From the NCBI GenBank assembly GCA_965235115.1, contig OZ249436.1:41914001-41978000 (forward strand): a stretch of 64,000 nt of DNA. Reading direction: 5' to 3'. Made by a program: the position numbers and the translations under genes. Under the pieces are notes generated by a model, which saw only the letters and a list, made by a program, of their open reading frames with translations, was not told the origin of the DNA and searched no databases. Of the stretch, positions 12,961-26,729 are shown piece after piece (positions within the stretch are counted from its first letter, which is position 1; each line of letters starts with the position of its first letter). This stretch comes from Laetmonice hystrix. Taxonomy: Eukaryota.

Positions 12961-15900
12961 TGGTCTTTTGTTATTCTTTTACACATGTTTATCTCATTGT
13001 TGTTATAATGTCTCAGACCCCTAATGAAGACGCTGTTCAAAATACTATTGTTCATCACTCTAGCTTCCATCCTCTGACTGAAACATTATGACATCAAGAC
13101 TTTTTCTAATTCAGAGTCTACTGATAACACAAGCAACGCAGAAAAAGACTCTTTTTATAATCGGTATGTGTTCAAGAGCGCATATCGCTATCAAATCTAT
13201 ATTTTTCCAGAAACTGTAGTTCTGATATGATATTCGTGACATCTGCTGATAACCTTAACACGAAACGCGTGAGCTATTGTCCTTTTTAAAATCTGGTACT
13301 GGCGTAATGTGACCTTCCTATCTACATTTCCAGCACATTGTTTAGCTGGTGCACCTTACGGTAGATAAGAAAACAATAGCCAACCGTATCTCCCGAATAA
13401 CGTGTCGACACATCCACTGTAAGTGCACTGCACTTGGTACAACACAGTCAGAGCCCTTATGCTGGCCTATATTTTTATGTGACCTCTTACAAGCACAATG
13501 TCATGTGCGCCCGGTCCCTTTACGGGTTGAGTCTACATGCCTGATTGGCTGGTGTAAGAGTAAGGTTTCAACTGGCACTGACGTTATGGCATATGACAGT
13601 GGTGTCAAGATTTAAGGTGGCTTTGTGACTTCAAGGGTCACACTGTCGCTCAGGTTGGCACTACAGTGTTATTTCTTTGCGTGCTTGTCACTTCTGATGC
13701 AATAAGCCGTACCGCATGCCGACGTTCAAAAATAAATGTTTAAATGAGGAGCTATATGTGATTGAAAAGCTATGCTCAAACAAATGGTTCATTTTGCTAA
13801 ATTAGGCTGTAATGGCATGAAATTATTTCACTTTTCGGTTCATGCATAATATAAGTAGCCAATCAAGGTTTAATCACAACTCGGCAATCATGGTCACAGC
13901 CAAGGTCACAGTGGAGAAATCTTCCAAACGGTATATGGACGTACTCCGCAAGAAAATGAAAATGAGAAGCACTAAAGGATTATTTCTTTCTTTCATTTTC
14001 TTTACTTTTTCATGAGAAAAATATGACCCTACTGCATTCAATATTTCCTAGTGTTCTGTGGAAGACTTCCCCCAAAGCTGAAAGCCTAGGGGGCACACTT
14101 TGTGATAACATTCCGGTATTGGCTGGAAGCAGATACAAGGTTCATTTACAGGCTGACTTATTCAATCTTTTATACTTTACTGACAGTTTGAACGGTTATG
14201 ACTGTTGATCACTGAGAGCATACTTGTCATCCTACAACCCGAGCACTGTCGAGTTGTTTGCCCATCTGGAGGTCGCCTGCACATGGCACAGCGGCTGACA
14301 TTCATGTGCTACTAGAAGGGGGCCCACTGACTTTCTCAAGTAAAAGAAACACCTCCACTCAGTAACCTCCACACTGAGGTCTCACTCAAGTTGATCAACT
14401 TTGACACTAACTTCACGTTGTCTTTATCTCTTTACCTATCGATAAGTGTCGATAACTATTTTCTCCAAAGCAGATCACCATTGGTAAATTATATGGCAAC
14501 CTTGAGGAAACAAGCCCTCATTTTCTTCGCGGATATTTGCAGATCTTTTTTTTTAATTATGACATAATTTTATCACGCATACACACACACAAATTACTTG
14601 CAGTGTCCTGTTTCAGAATGACTACAATCTTCATCTATAAACAGACTTCCTGAAACTTTGGCTCTTTATCACCAGACGTCTTCGATTTCATTTGCAGATG
14701 AAAGGGGGAAGGGAACAGGGATTTTTTTCAAATCACAGGATGTCTTAATTCAGGAAACCGAAACTTTATATTCAGCTCTTCTGCCCGTCGAAATGGCTAC
14801 CGGGACCAATCTAACGGGTACTTATAAAAAAAAACTATCCAAAGTTAATGTCAGTTCGTTAAGACTTTGTTATTTCTTACACTGTGTTTCCTTCAATCAA
14901 ACACCCAGGGATTGCCCACCTATAGGTGATTAGCCTCGTGATGGCCACCTGGCCAATCCTTCAACATGAATGCCTCGTAATTCAGCCGTCCCTAGCCTCA
15001 TGCAGGTTGATTTCTACGTGCTTTTATCACTCCTTTAGAGCCCCTCTCTGATCCGCTGCTCTTGTCTTATCGGTGACAGGTCGGAGGGTTGTGATTAATT
15101 CGTACACTTTACACCTTACTCTGGCTGCCCAGGATTGTGCTTATCAGCCCTTTGGTAGGGAGGAGAGGCTGTACTCCTCCATGCAGCACAGGTTGGAGGA
15201 GGAATGCCAGGACCAGCCGGCCTTTCCTCCCAGTCCTCAGGCCCTCCAGCAGGCTGCCCCCTAATCTGGGTGGTCTAATTGTGTTGACATTCCAGTAGAC
15301 CCTAAACAACATCCAAAAGCCGCTATCGTGATTCCCGGAAACCCTCGGAGCAGGCCTGGTACTGCTTAGCACTGAACCAAACCATATTGAATCAAGTACG
15401 ATGGGTTTGGGAAACTTCGACCACACGACTGGCCTTAGTCCTTCAGAATGACTTAAAGTCCTCTTCTGCAGATTTCCCCACGCCAGTAACAATGGTCATT
15501 TGGCGAAATATACAGCACCGAGTTCGAGGAAAGATTTAAAAACAAAACTTTGTGCTGCGTCTATTCAAAACACAATCCCGCAGCGTCTCCCTCACATATA
15601 GAAAGTTTCCAAACCTAACCCTCTTGTTCATTGTAACCAGCGGTTAATTTTACTAAAGAATGGCCACTTTTTATCCACCTGCGCTGAACGTTTTGACTAT
15701 GACAGTCTGTGTGGTGACGAGGCCACGACCTCTAACCCCTTTCCGATCGTTGTAACTCAGTTCAACAGGCAACAAACCGCTTCAAACTCCAAACACAGAG
15801 ATCCCACAGATTAACTATATTGAAATTTCAAGACTTTTCCAGACAATTAAACTTCCAAACTTTATGACCAATTCCGGATAAAAGTAACCAAATCCACTAA

Positions 15901-17631
15901 CCCCCTAGTACGTCGTGGAACTCTACAATTTAGGCCGAACAGAAACAAAAAAGTGGTTCAAAAGAAATCTCAAATTCCATGGCTTTTCCATGACTTCCCC
16001 TCGTTTTTCTTGGAAAACCAAATTTCCTTTTCCATGACATTTCATGACCGTGGGAACCATGAAACAGTCACTCGGTTATAGCAGGAATTGAATGGCAAGC
16101 CCCATGACGGTATCAGGGCATGGGACATAGATTGTTTTATGTAGATTTACGATTACGATATGGATTAATGATAAGGCACCCAAATCAACCCCTGGCCGTT
16201 GTTAGACAACCATGGTCCGCTATAACATATGAACATGATGTAAAATTGTCTGGGGGCATGCTTCCCCAGAAACTCAATCAATCAACAAAAATCTGGGAAA
16301 TGATGAGCCTCGTCTGCCTCAATGCTAATTACGGCCCTAAAGGTCATGTATAAGTGAGTTATAATCAATGAAACATCTTGAAATACGTTGGCCATAACTT
16401 ATATGGCATAAGACAGACTAATGGGTAACAGGGATACCACAGACAGTCGGAGACATCGTGCAACCCATGTTAGGTTCTACTGTCGTATCTTCGAGAATTG
16501 GCAACACCTACCCAACCTTCGCACATAGTGCTATTGTTGCTCTGAATAGCAGTCTGTCTAATGCATTCCGGTATACAGCGATCTTGGCAGGCGTTAGATA
16601 AGCGCAAATCTGAATACTCTCGACCGGCAATGGCATGACCTAGAGTCAGATGGCCTGTATTCATCCGAAAAAGCCATGCTAAAAAGTTGCAGGATTGCAT
16701 GCACTATAAATATAATTCCTCCAACTAGAACTTCAACACATCAAGTGCCCCAACCGCACACTTGCGGTCAGATACCCTTTCCCATTTTCAGAATTTGATT
16801 AAGTGTGATATTAAATGTAGTTCTGTAGCCCCACACACCAAAAAAAAAGAGACAAAAGGCTACCCCAAGATATGCACTTGATGATCAGAGGTGATTAGCA
16901 GAAATTTCCCCACTTTAACTCGGTACTACGCAACCAAGTGCAAGTCCTTTGCCAAAATGGTGCCGAGACCACGTTTGGCTGAGATGGTAAGAAAAGAAGC
17001 TCTGTGAAATTGTGTAGTCTGGTAACTAAGAAGCAGTCACACATGACATAGCCAGGAAGTCATGGAAATGAGAAAGAAACAGAAGCAGTTCAGAAGTACT
17101 CGACCATTAAATAAGACTCTTTGGCAACTGAAGTGCATTTCCACTTGTTTTGAAACGGACTACCATGGAGTAAATACTTGATCAAAGGAATCTGTGTGGG
17201 TGAAATCATACATGGTAGTACATTACACATTGGTTTTCGTCTAGAACTGTAACATTCTCGTATGATTATTGCCGAGTCTAAAATACTGTCTTTAAGAGAG
17301 CAGCTTTCTTATTCCTCACATTGTTTTTATTCCAAAAAATTAATTTGTTCATTACTTTCACTGGTACAACCAAGAGGACCGGAAGTCGCTATAAAATATA
17401 GATGTAGTCGGTAGTTGCCCATACTGTGTAATTTAAATCACAGCCTTTAAGACAATTTCAAAAGAATCCAACTTAAAAGGCAGAAAAAGGGAAACGAAAG
17501 AACTAGATTTTATGGTTAAACCGTTCGTAGACTCTGACTGGACTCATAGTCGTCTATTCATGTCGTCTCACTGACAGTGTGCCATCAATAATAAAGAGTT
17601 GGGTTAGCAGACTATACGTATTAACGAACTA

Positions 17632-17843
17632 TAGTCTGTTCACTTAAGATGAGCTCGACCTCGGCCTCATTAAAGCTATTACTCCATTTGAGCTAATACA
17701 GAACCACGTGGAATTTGGTCATATACTTGAATGACAGGCGGTGATGACTTGTGATACGCCAGCTGTGGGTAGACGGGAGGAGGGGGGTCAGGTCAGAGCT
17801 TTAATGAGGCCGAGGTCGAGCTCTTCTTAGAGCGAACAGACTA
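17632..17843. mobile_element. MITE with about 45-bp imperfect TIRs (TAGTCTG...CAGACTA)
   Basis: tagtctgttcacttaagatgagctcgacctcggcctcattaaagct, with its near reverse complement at 17797-17843; TA on both sides. Confidence 0.8.
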
Positions 17844-17885
17844 TATAGCAACCCTCCATGAAACGTTTCTCGAGCAATCATCCCA

Positions 17886-18016
17886 GCACCGCCCTGTCCA
17901 GCCACCACCACCGCCCTGTCCAGCCACCACCACCGCCCTGTCCAGCCACCACCACCGCCCTGTCCAGCCACCACCACCGCCCTGTCCAGCCACCACCACC
18001 GCCCTGTCCAGCCACC
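17886..18016. repeat. 22-bp tandem repeat, about 6 copies
   Basis: gccctgtccagccaccaccacc. Confidence 0.95.
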
Positions 18017-18714
18017 AGCACACTCTAATGACAGGCTTCCATGACAGCACGCTATAAAATTTTAATAATCCCATTCAACCATTCACATGGCCTGTCTCCG
18101 TGTCATAAACCCCGTCATCGCATTCTACTCTTTGGCGGGAATATCGATTAACGGGGAAAGGTGGCTTTAAACTGGAAACTTTGTGCTGCTCTTTTCGGGC
18201 AGCAAATTAGGAAACTGTAGGACAACTGATGAATTCGATAGATACTGATGAAATCGTCTGAGGTTCTGTTTTTTATGGACATGAAGACTTGTAAATTCAA
18301 TATAAAAGAAAATCCGATGACCTTGATGTTCACGTGCGCCGACTTAAGAATCCGATTCCAGCTTAATCTACGGCAGGCGTTATCATTTTCTTTGTGCGCC
18401 TTTAACTTGGCAAGACGCCCCCGTCAATGAATGTAATGTTTTACTTATTAGGCCGAAAGCATAAATCTTGCTTGGAGAGATCTTTTGGTTGGAACTGTTC
18501 CGGTATGACCGTGTTGTGGGCAGTGGGTGCGAAACAGTCGGAGGTGATTCATGGTTAGTCTGAAAAGGGGGTGGGCGGGTGATGGGACCACCCCTCGGTG
18601 TCTGGGGCCCGAATGGAGGGCCCAACACCTCTGATATATCCTCTATATATACAGTCTTAAAGCAACGCATGTCTATCCTTCACCTTCCCTTTCAAACTGT
18701 TTTCTCTCTGCATA

Positions 18715-20199
18715 GGTCGCAAGTCACAAACTGGTCTACTGAAAATGGTGGAATTGTTACATTAAAGATTTTTTTTCATCGTTTCATTTTGATTTTCTTG
18801 AGAAGTAGGAAGGCTGTACTGGTAATTTAGGTATCATTTTGTAGCTTATCTTCTTGGCTTTCAAATGACACCAACTGTAAGGTACCAGGGGGAAAGGAGC
18901 AAGGCATGGGTGGAAAAAAATCAACATATGTCAGGGGTGGATCAGGCGGTGGAGGTGGCGGTGGAGGTGGTGGCGGTGGAATGCTGATGTAGAATTCACT
19001 TGCTTTCTCATTGTTTCTGCCAGCATTATTTCAGCTTAGTTCAGTTTTGAGGGGGTTTTATTTTGACACAGTTTTCAACAATCAAGGGAATAGAGAAATT
19101 GCACTGTGTGGCATCAGCTGGTGAAGAGGGAAAACTGAAAACTAGGCTACTCTCTTGTTACTGTCCGAGTTGCATTTTGAAAGGTGTGAGAATGTACACA
19201 CAGTTGATCGTTTCGAACTTGTAAAGTTTTTAAAAGGTTCTCTTGCCAATAGTGATACTTCAGGAGATGAAGAAAGTGTAGGAGAGGACATAGAGGATGA
19301 TAAAATGGAGCGTCCTCCTGAAAGTGAAAACCTAATGCATGAACTTATCTTCCAGGACAGCATAGTTGCAATGAGACTAAATGTTGAGTCACTGAGGGAC
19401 TATCTTCTCTTCATATCCACAGATCGAGTACAGACTTTGACTTAAAAGATGTTGTGGACAGTGGACATAGGTACTCTGCAGGAACTAAAGTTTTGAGGGG
19501 GTTTTATTTTGAACTAATTAAAGAGACCAGGGAAGGTTCTGTTTACAAGAAATGTACAGACCCTACTGTTATTCATGTAGGTTGTGTGGTATATGTCGGC
19601 ATAGAAATGACCATGGACAAGTCGGGCAATTATATTCTTGACAATGTGGATCATGAGGACATTATGTGTGGAATATTCACTCACTAATTTTGACTGATAA
19701 TTTTGATTACCTTCTCAAAAGAAGCAATAGAAGTCACAGTGCTCATTTGTGCACACTATTAATAGTTTCGATAGCTTTCACTTGAATTCTGACATTTTTG
19801 AGAAATGTGACTTCGTTTTTCACACTCGGGTTCCCACTGCCACATGAACCACTTACTTCAAAGTAAGTGGAAAAGTAATGATTGCTCCTAATAGCCCAAG
19901 GTCTTATCTTTATTTTGCAGCAAACAGAATTCAAATCGGACTAGAATTAAGGATTTTAGAGAATTTTTTCTGATGGATGTCCGTTTTGAGAAAATAAAGA
20001 AAACGTTTGTTTATTGTAATGCATTTTCCTAGTAATTCATGACGCATAATTAGCATTATCTCGTTAATGGATGATTATTAATAAATTACAAGTACATTAT
20101 CTGATAGGCCTTGGGTAGCTTATTGATATTTCCAAAAATAGCAAAATTGCCATTTTTGACCATGTAACACATTTTATGACCACTTTGTGACTTGCGACC
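18715..20199 (+). mobile_element. Non-autonomous DNA transposon with 4-bp TSD (Sola-like, tentative)
   Basis: TIR GGTCGCAAGTCACAAAnTGGTC at both ends; CATA duplicated at 18711-18714 and 20200-20203; internal broken ORF. Confidence 0.8.
19155..19687 (+). pseudogene. Frameshifted coding remnant inside the transposon, likely a transposase C-terminal fragment
   Basis: Two consecutive protein-like ORFs in different frames (19155-19445, 19454-19687), with an acidic linker followed by a globular-looking segment. Confidence 0.55.
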
Positions 20200-20929
20200 C
20201 ATAGTATAATATCAAGAAGGAGCAGATCAGCTCAGACCCCTCGTCCCTCTGCCACAGATACATAGATACGTGTATCTAAACGTCCCCACGTCCCTCTGTC
20301 ACAAGTACATAGATACATGTATCTAAACGGAGATATAGATGATTGGATATAGAGATAGAAAAACGAGATTGAGATGTGTGCCAATGTCGTGGTTTTTCTG
20401 TACGACTTTTATACAGAAAAATTGAAGGAAAAGACGTCTAAAAACCACCCAGCCAAATGTTAGTGAATCTGCGGGTCAGCCGAGTCGGTTACACGTGTAG
20501 AACTCGTGCCAGTTTACGGAAGTTGACACGTGCGAGGAAACATTTATAGGCTTGCCGGCAATGACCTAAGTAAACTAAGACCTGCTTCAACCAATGGGCG
20601 AGTCAGGAAAACGTGAACTAGTAAGCCTACTTTCATATGGAAGTCGGACAGTGTCAGATCTATGCTAAATGGTTCCCCGTGTACAAGAAATCCCGGTGCC
20701 CCTATTGTACCATATAAAACGGCCCCCTTCCATGCAGTCTGGTTTTAGCAGACAGCAATTGATAGCACGGGAATTTTTAACTATGAATTTATTCAAATAA
20801 ATCCAAATGTTTATTCGGGTTTCTGAAAACAATCTTTTTTAAAGCAATCACCAAGTATCTCTCAATTCAATGACTCCAAATGCAGACATGGGCTGTTAGG
20901 TTAGATGAGTCCTTCGACTACCATGGCTG

Positions 20930-21027
20930 GTTGTTGACCTGGCATTGATTTGAACAGCCAATGAAATTCATCGGTTCTTCGCCCGATGAATTTCACTGGC
21001 TGTCCAAGTCAATGCCAGGTCAACGAC
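20930..21027. repeat. 45-bp inverted repeat (hairpin) with 8-nt loop
   Basis: Arms 20930-20974 and 20983-21027; 41 of 45 positions complementary. Confidence 0.9.
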
Positions 21028-21222
21028 TTTGTCAACAACCGGCCATAAGACGATCGCTTCATAGAGATAACTGGAATGCTGATTTTCATTAGAGTTCTCT
21101 ATTTCCGTGGGTATACATTTTATTAATTTATGTAGTCATTGATACTCGGGGATTGCTTTAAACATGTAGCGTAGTCTGCACACGACCACGATTTTAACTT
21201 TGTAAGTTCCTGAACTGTCCAG

Positions 21223-21335
21223 GGCCCAGTTCTTAAAAACTTAAAATCGTGCTTAGGCTTTTGATTGGCTGGTCTGCCTAGACCAATCAGCAGCGTTAAG
21301 CTCAAGCAAGATCTTAAGTTTATACGAACTGGGCC
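21223..21335. mobile_element. Harbinger/PIF-like MITE
   Basis: TIR GGCCCAGTTC / GAACTGGGCC; CAG on both sides (3-bp CWG target). Confidence 0.7.
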
Positions 21336-21528
21336 CAGATCTAGGCCAGGATGTCCAATTTGCAAAGATAAAGGTTCCTGCTTCACAGCGAGATAATTGT
21401 TAGGTCCAAACTGTATTATGCAAAGTGTATGTACTAACTAGATCAAATATTGATGGGCTACGTACATATCTACTTCCGGTACACATTAACCAATTATTTA
21501 AACATGTTTAACGAGAAGCAATACTCAC

Positions 21529-21762
21529 CTGGGCAGCGGTATAATTTGTTGGCCTGACTGATGTCTCCTGGACTTAGTTTCACTCTCTGTCCAATTTCAG
21601 GCCGTATTAATGTCAATGAATCTCGGTTAGGTAATATAGTATCCACATAGGTTCCTCGGGAAAAGGTGTTCCTTGCGTAATGCATGATGCTCTCAAAGTC
21701 GTAGGGCTCGCTCAGGGAGTTGACTTCACTTGACGACAATTTGTTGAAGTTGTACTCCTGTC
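21529..21762 (-). CDS. BMP1/TLL: Tolloid exon 6: Met-turn and end of protease domain
   Basis: GQEYNFNKL...[17 protein letters not shown]...[25 protein letters not shown] acceptor, GTGAGT donor. Confidence 0.98.
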
Positions 21763-24700
21763 CTACAGCATAACAAAAAGACACTTTTGATATCTGATAG
21801 AAATGATAAACCAGTTACAAGAAATCACATCACAATGATCATCACATTAAAAACTTCTGCTTACTAAACATAAACAATGGGATCCGTCTGTCGATAGTTA
21901 GAGACTTGTGTTCATACATCAACATTATACCCAATCTCTTTGTTGAGAATATTTAGTTTCGTAGCTGAAAGAACAAAAACATATATAAAATCTACAAATG
22001 TTCCCTGGAGATAACAGAGGTTAGAGTTACCAGGGTCTTCACTTTTAAAGCTACATCTCCTGGTCAAACTATGGTGAAAACGGCCTGAATGTTGGTAGCG
22101 CCTTCCGGTTAAAGTTTAGTCTCGCTTGGATTATTTATGACTACAGGTCACTTCTGTTTTAAATCATTCCTATCTTCATATATTAGATCGTTTTTACTTT
22201 GAGGGCAATCGTTCCAGTCCGTTTTGAAGTAAAAAATCAAACCTTTCCAGTCAAGTGGCGTAACCTATGCCTTTTAAGACGGCAAATCAGGAGAGGGGGT
22301 ATCTTTTAACAAAGCAGTCAGTGCTATTTTCAGTTCATTTTTCACCAGATAGCTATTACAGGAATCTGAAGAGGAAGTGGGGTCTGAACCGAGCTGATTA
22401 GAACAACATGGATATCATCTTACATGACCGGCATAGAAAAGCATCAAGATCCTTTTCTTTCATCATATTAGAAAGGGCCAGTCCCTTTTAATACAAAGGT
22501 TTGGAGCCTCCCAGTCACGTCCTTTACTGTCCTCCTAAAGATTCCATGACTTTCCCGTCTGTTCCTAATTGGACATCGTATTTTTATTGAGAGTTAAAAA
22601 AGCTAATAGAACAAGTATGTTTGTTAAAATCCCGTTGTCTCCAGTTATTACTGGGGATATGATATATCTTTGGAATGGAAAGTCCCTTTACTTCATTTTA
22701 TTTCCATAAAAAATGCTCAGTAACGCGTCACCAGTCAGTAATAAATAAGTTTACAAAAATAATAGCACTCCGCACACCTTTGGCCTTTAGACGTAAAGAA
22801 ATCGACGCTTTAAAACACCCCCCCCCCATGTGTGCTACATCGGCCAGATCATTTAAGTCTGGTTTAAATCTAGACATGTCTGTCTCAACTTTAATACCTC
22901 GGCCTCAATCTTGGGCAGTCAGAAGTTTAAAAATCCGTTAGAACTGTTGTATGAGTGTGGTATGTCACAAGATGGTATGTCCGGAGCAGAAAGGAACCTG
23001 TTGGTATGACCTAGACTGACCTACACCAGCCCTACCTAACTCTCACACAGTTGTACCCGAGCATTTAACGTCAGCCTATATCAGACGCGTCATCCTTTGA
23101 AGGCTCAACCGATTCATCAGCTGGGACACAGCATGGAAACATGACTCCGTCATAGAGTTACACGGCATCAACAAGTAATCTACCACTTTCACATTGCATC
23201 AGTGTCCAACACGGCCGCTTGTTACACAAGATGAACTCTGCCAGGAACAGTGTAACACCAGCTTGGCTGAGTGGAATTAAAGTGGGCATTGTCACTGAAA
23301 GTTAACCAACTACCGACTGCGTTTTAAATAAACAATCATTTACTGTTCAGATATTAATGACCAAGGGGTATAGCACTAAAGGAAGGTGACAAAAAATTAA
23401 CATGGGAATTTGGTAGAAATTGGTGACAATATTGCTTGGCCTTTAACACTAGGTTTCATATAAGTTTCCGTCTAGCATCCCAACAGAAAAACAGTAGTAA
23501 TTTTCCACAGTCCTTCGACAGGAAGCTGCATGACTAAATTGTGTCTTCTCTCAATGGGTCTTCAAAAATAGTATTTATGTATATTAACTTCCATTGGGAA
23601 CACAATGGAAATAGTATGGAGATATAGGCTGATATAAATATAATACTAATTCAATTCAAGATGTTTTCATGCCGATTTACGGAGGTACAACCCTCATAGT
23701 TACTCGTACGGAGTTTTTCGAGTTAAGCCGGATCTGGAGTGGCAGAAACGCCATTCTAATATTACCTACCCTCCCCCAGAAATATAAACAGGATGCCCTG
23801 GCTGCACCACTAGCAAAGACATAACCGGCCGTGGTGCTACAAAATACCATGCAGAGGATTCCGTACAAGTCCTTCCAAAATGTGCGGAAAATATGCGTAG
23901 TTTCTTCTCTTATTAGAATTATACAATGCTGGTTCCCATGAGAAAAATATGACAATTATTGCAAGATGGCTGCTGCAAATGAATGTAATAATATTCCATG
24001 AATGTCTTTTTTAAGTATTACTTACTTTATTACTAAGGAAGGTCGTTTATTATATTGTTGTTTTTTGTTTGATATCTTTGTAATAGTTGTGGCTAGGATG
24101 TGGGATGGAAACCCTCGATGAATCACTATTTTATCAGGACAGGATCGTATGACATTTGCTTCTCATCAACATCATATTGCACTACCTAAACGCAGCCTCA
24201 CAGAAGTCACAATGCAAGCGATGTACGGTGTCAGCCCACATAAATATTCGCAACAATTCCTATCAAACTGAAATCACAACACCTCTTAGTTAGCCGGTAT
24301 ACTTTGTCAGACTAATGGCACTGAGGGTGACCTATCTTTGTCTCATGACTGATGTATAGGTCAGACACCGCTCTCAAGACAACTCGACTGAAGTGGCAAT
24401 GAGGCAGAGCACATTAAGATTTATACGTTTGGAATTTATAAAGTGCAGGCGTTTTCCCCCAATGGTTTAAATGTCCTCTTCAAAGTTTCAGGGGCGGCCA
24501 GAAGTCCACTTGAACGCCAGATTATAGTGACATGAAACTCAAGACAAGTCGTACCCCACGGCCCACGCAGACTGTGGGGGAATGGATGTTGAGACGGGTG
24601 TGTCCCGTACCACAGTAATCAGTAAAACTTCCCACTCAGTGGCACGGTTCTTGGCGTGTGAAAATGTTTACTCAGCCTCCAGTGGAATGATATTTTTTCT

Positions 24701-26729
24701 TTTTCTGATTCCTTTAAATCTGGAAACTAAAACTGTCATGTTTTCATCCAAACCCATGTATTGGCGCCAGCGCTGCATGGAAGTGAACGGACTTGTCGTA
24801 ATGGTAAATAATTTTTTCAAAATCATTGGATTCTTGAAGGTCCTAAAAATACACCTGCTTCAGTGCATCAAACGGCCTTGAGTTTATATCACAGATAAGT
24901 TCCTCCTGTCATTATTACAGGGTACACTGAAGGACGTGGAAGAAGAAAATTTCTGGTTTAAAGAAGAGTTGTAAATAATAGGTTCAATTTATCAATAAAG
25001 ACGAAGAAAAACATGATTGGAATTCATCCTATCATATAAATCAATTAAGGCCACATTTATTTCCTGCACTGATGACGATTATCTCAGCAGGATCCAGCTC
25101 TGGTACCAGTATAACCAGGCGCCAGGGGAAACCCTGGAATGTTGGTATAGTAGGTCAGCCGGCGTGGCAGAGCTTCGGGCTTGTATTAAACAGACATCAA
25201 AATTCTTTGCCGTGCAAAACAGCCTCATGTCACTAAGTTCGCCAAAGAACTCTATGCCCCTAAAGAGATTTATAAATCTGGCATAGGTTCTTAACAGTTC
25301 CCTGGTTAAAATTCCAGAACATCAACGGTCTTAAAGGTAATCCGAAGGCTCCATTCACTGCATACATTTCCGTCGTGTTCTGAGCCATATATTTATCAAG
25401 CTTGAGGTAATAGGCGCAGGGGATGTTTCTCTCTGTGTTTCTCGTAAGGCAAACGGTAGACAAACTAAGACAAAATGTAACCACCCCCCCCCCCCCCTTT
25501 GAGAGTTCAAACCTTCAGAAATCCACTGAGTAGATGGAAATATATTTCGCACAAAAACTATCAGGTCTAGGATCCCAAACGATTCTGAAGACCAATTAAA
25601 CGGATGAGCAAAAAAGGAAAATAATTATAATAGTTTGCTAAATATCTGCAGAAAGCGCGGACCCAAAAGAGGCGCCATGATCCAAGTTTTTAAGAAACTC
25701 TGTAGTGGCTATAAGTACCATGGCACTTCCCGGAGCTACAATATGATTCGCTAACAGCGTTAATTGGATCGCCTCCATCAAAGACCATTTGCGCTTTCCT
25801 TTCTTCCTGTCCACTCTAGATACTGGCACTCTCATCTGATACGATAGGGGACGGAAACTGGTCTTTGACTTCGGCGACAAACGTATTGGTTACTGCCATT
25901 TCAAACTACCCGAGCTTCTGTCGTCGGCACTCCATAGGGGGACTGCCGTCTTGTAGCTTATACTGTACAGGATCCTAGGATTTCAGCAATTAATCGTGTG
26001 GCAACCCGATCCGCGCGTTCTTGCTAGACTCTCGCCAGGCCAATCAGGACCTGATATTGTTTGCTGATCAGCCAGCCATCCATGACTAACCCGCGGATCT
26101 GCTCTCGGATCTACATCATGTCGGCGAGTACCGGCAAATCTTCCAAACTTTTTTCTGATACTCCCAACGTTTTTTGGAGGAGGGGGCGAAGTTCTTTGCC
26201 TCATGATAAGCTGTTTGTTTTGTAACGCAACCCAAACAAGCGGAGGTATTTACCCGAGTGTGTGACTACCATGTCTTCCCTAATTCAGCCAATCAGCTTG
26301 GACTGGTGACGTCTAGTCTGTCTCAGAGACAACATTACGTATGGACTGTCATAGCAACGCATTTGTTGTTTGATACCCTACACTCTACAGCAACATACCC
26401 GAGACAGTTTCCACGTTTTTTCTACAAACATTATGTACAGCACTTGCAATTTATGTTGTCAGGTTGCGGATTCCCCAGCAGCCAATTTCGAGGTTTTTGC
26501 ACGGCGCACTTCCCGCATTCTGCTCGGTGTAGTATTATGTGTGTCATCTATCAGCGTGTATAATTGAAAGTTTATCCTGGTTGTGTGCTCGGGGAGTGTA
26601 GCCTAGGGGCTACGCCATGATAACCTGGAGGTCTTGCTGGTGTACGATACCACACAGGCTGACACAAAGGGGTCGGTCGGCCAACGGGTGGATGTCAGTC
26701 ACTGCTCCCCTTGTATAGGCCTACCTAAT

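Noticed and set aside
12336..13091. 251-aa Pro/Ser/Thr-rich ORF and overlapping ORFs
   Set aside because: Artefact of a C-rich minisatellite that is open in all three frames, antisense within an intron.
15975..16060. ttccatgac repeats ending in gtgggaaccatg, resembling one end of a MITE
   Set aside because: No partner terminus or TSD was found.
24540..25880. Patchy protein-like minus-strand frames that might be a decayed transposon or viral gene
   Set aside because: Broken by stops with no recognisable motif. A BLASTX/HHpred search would be needed to decide.
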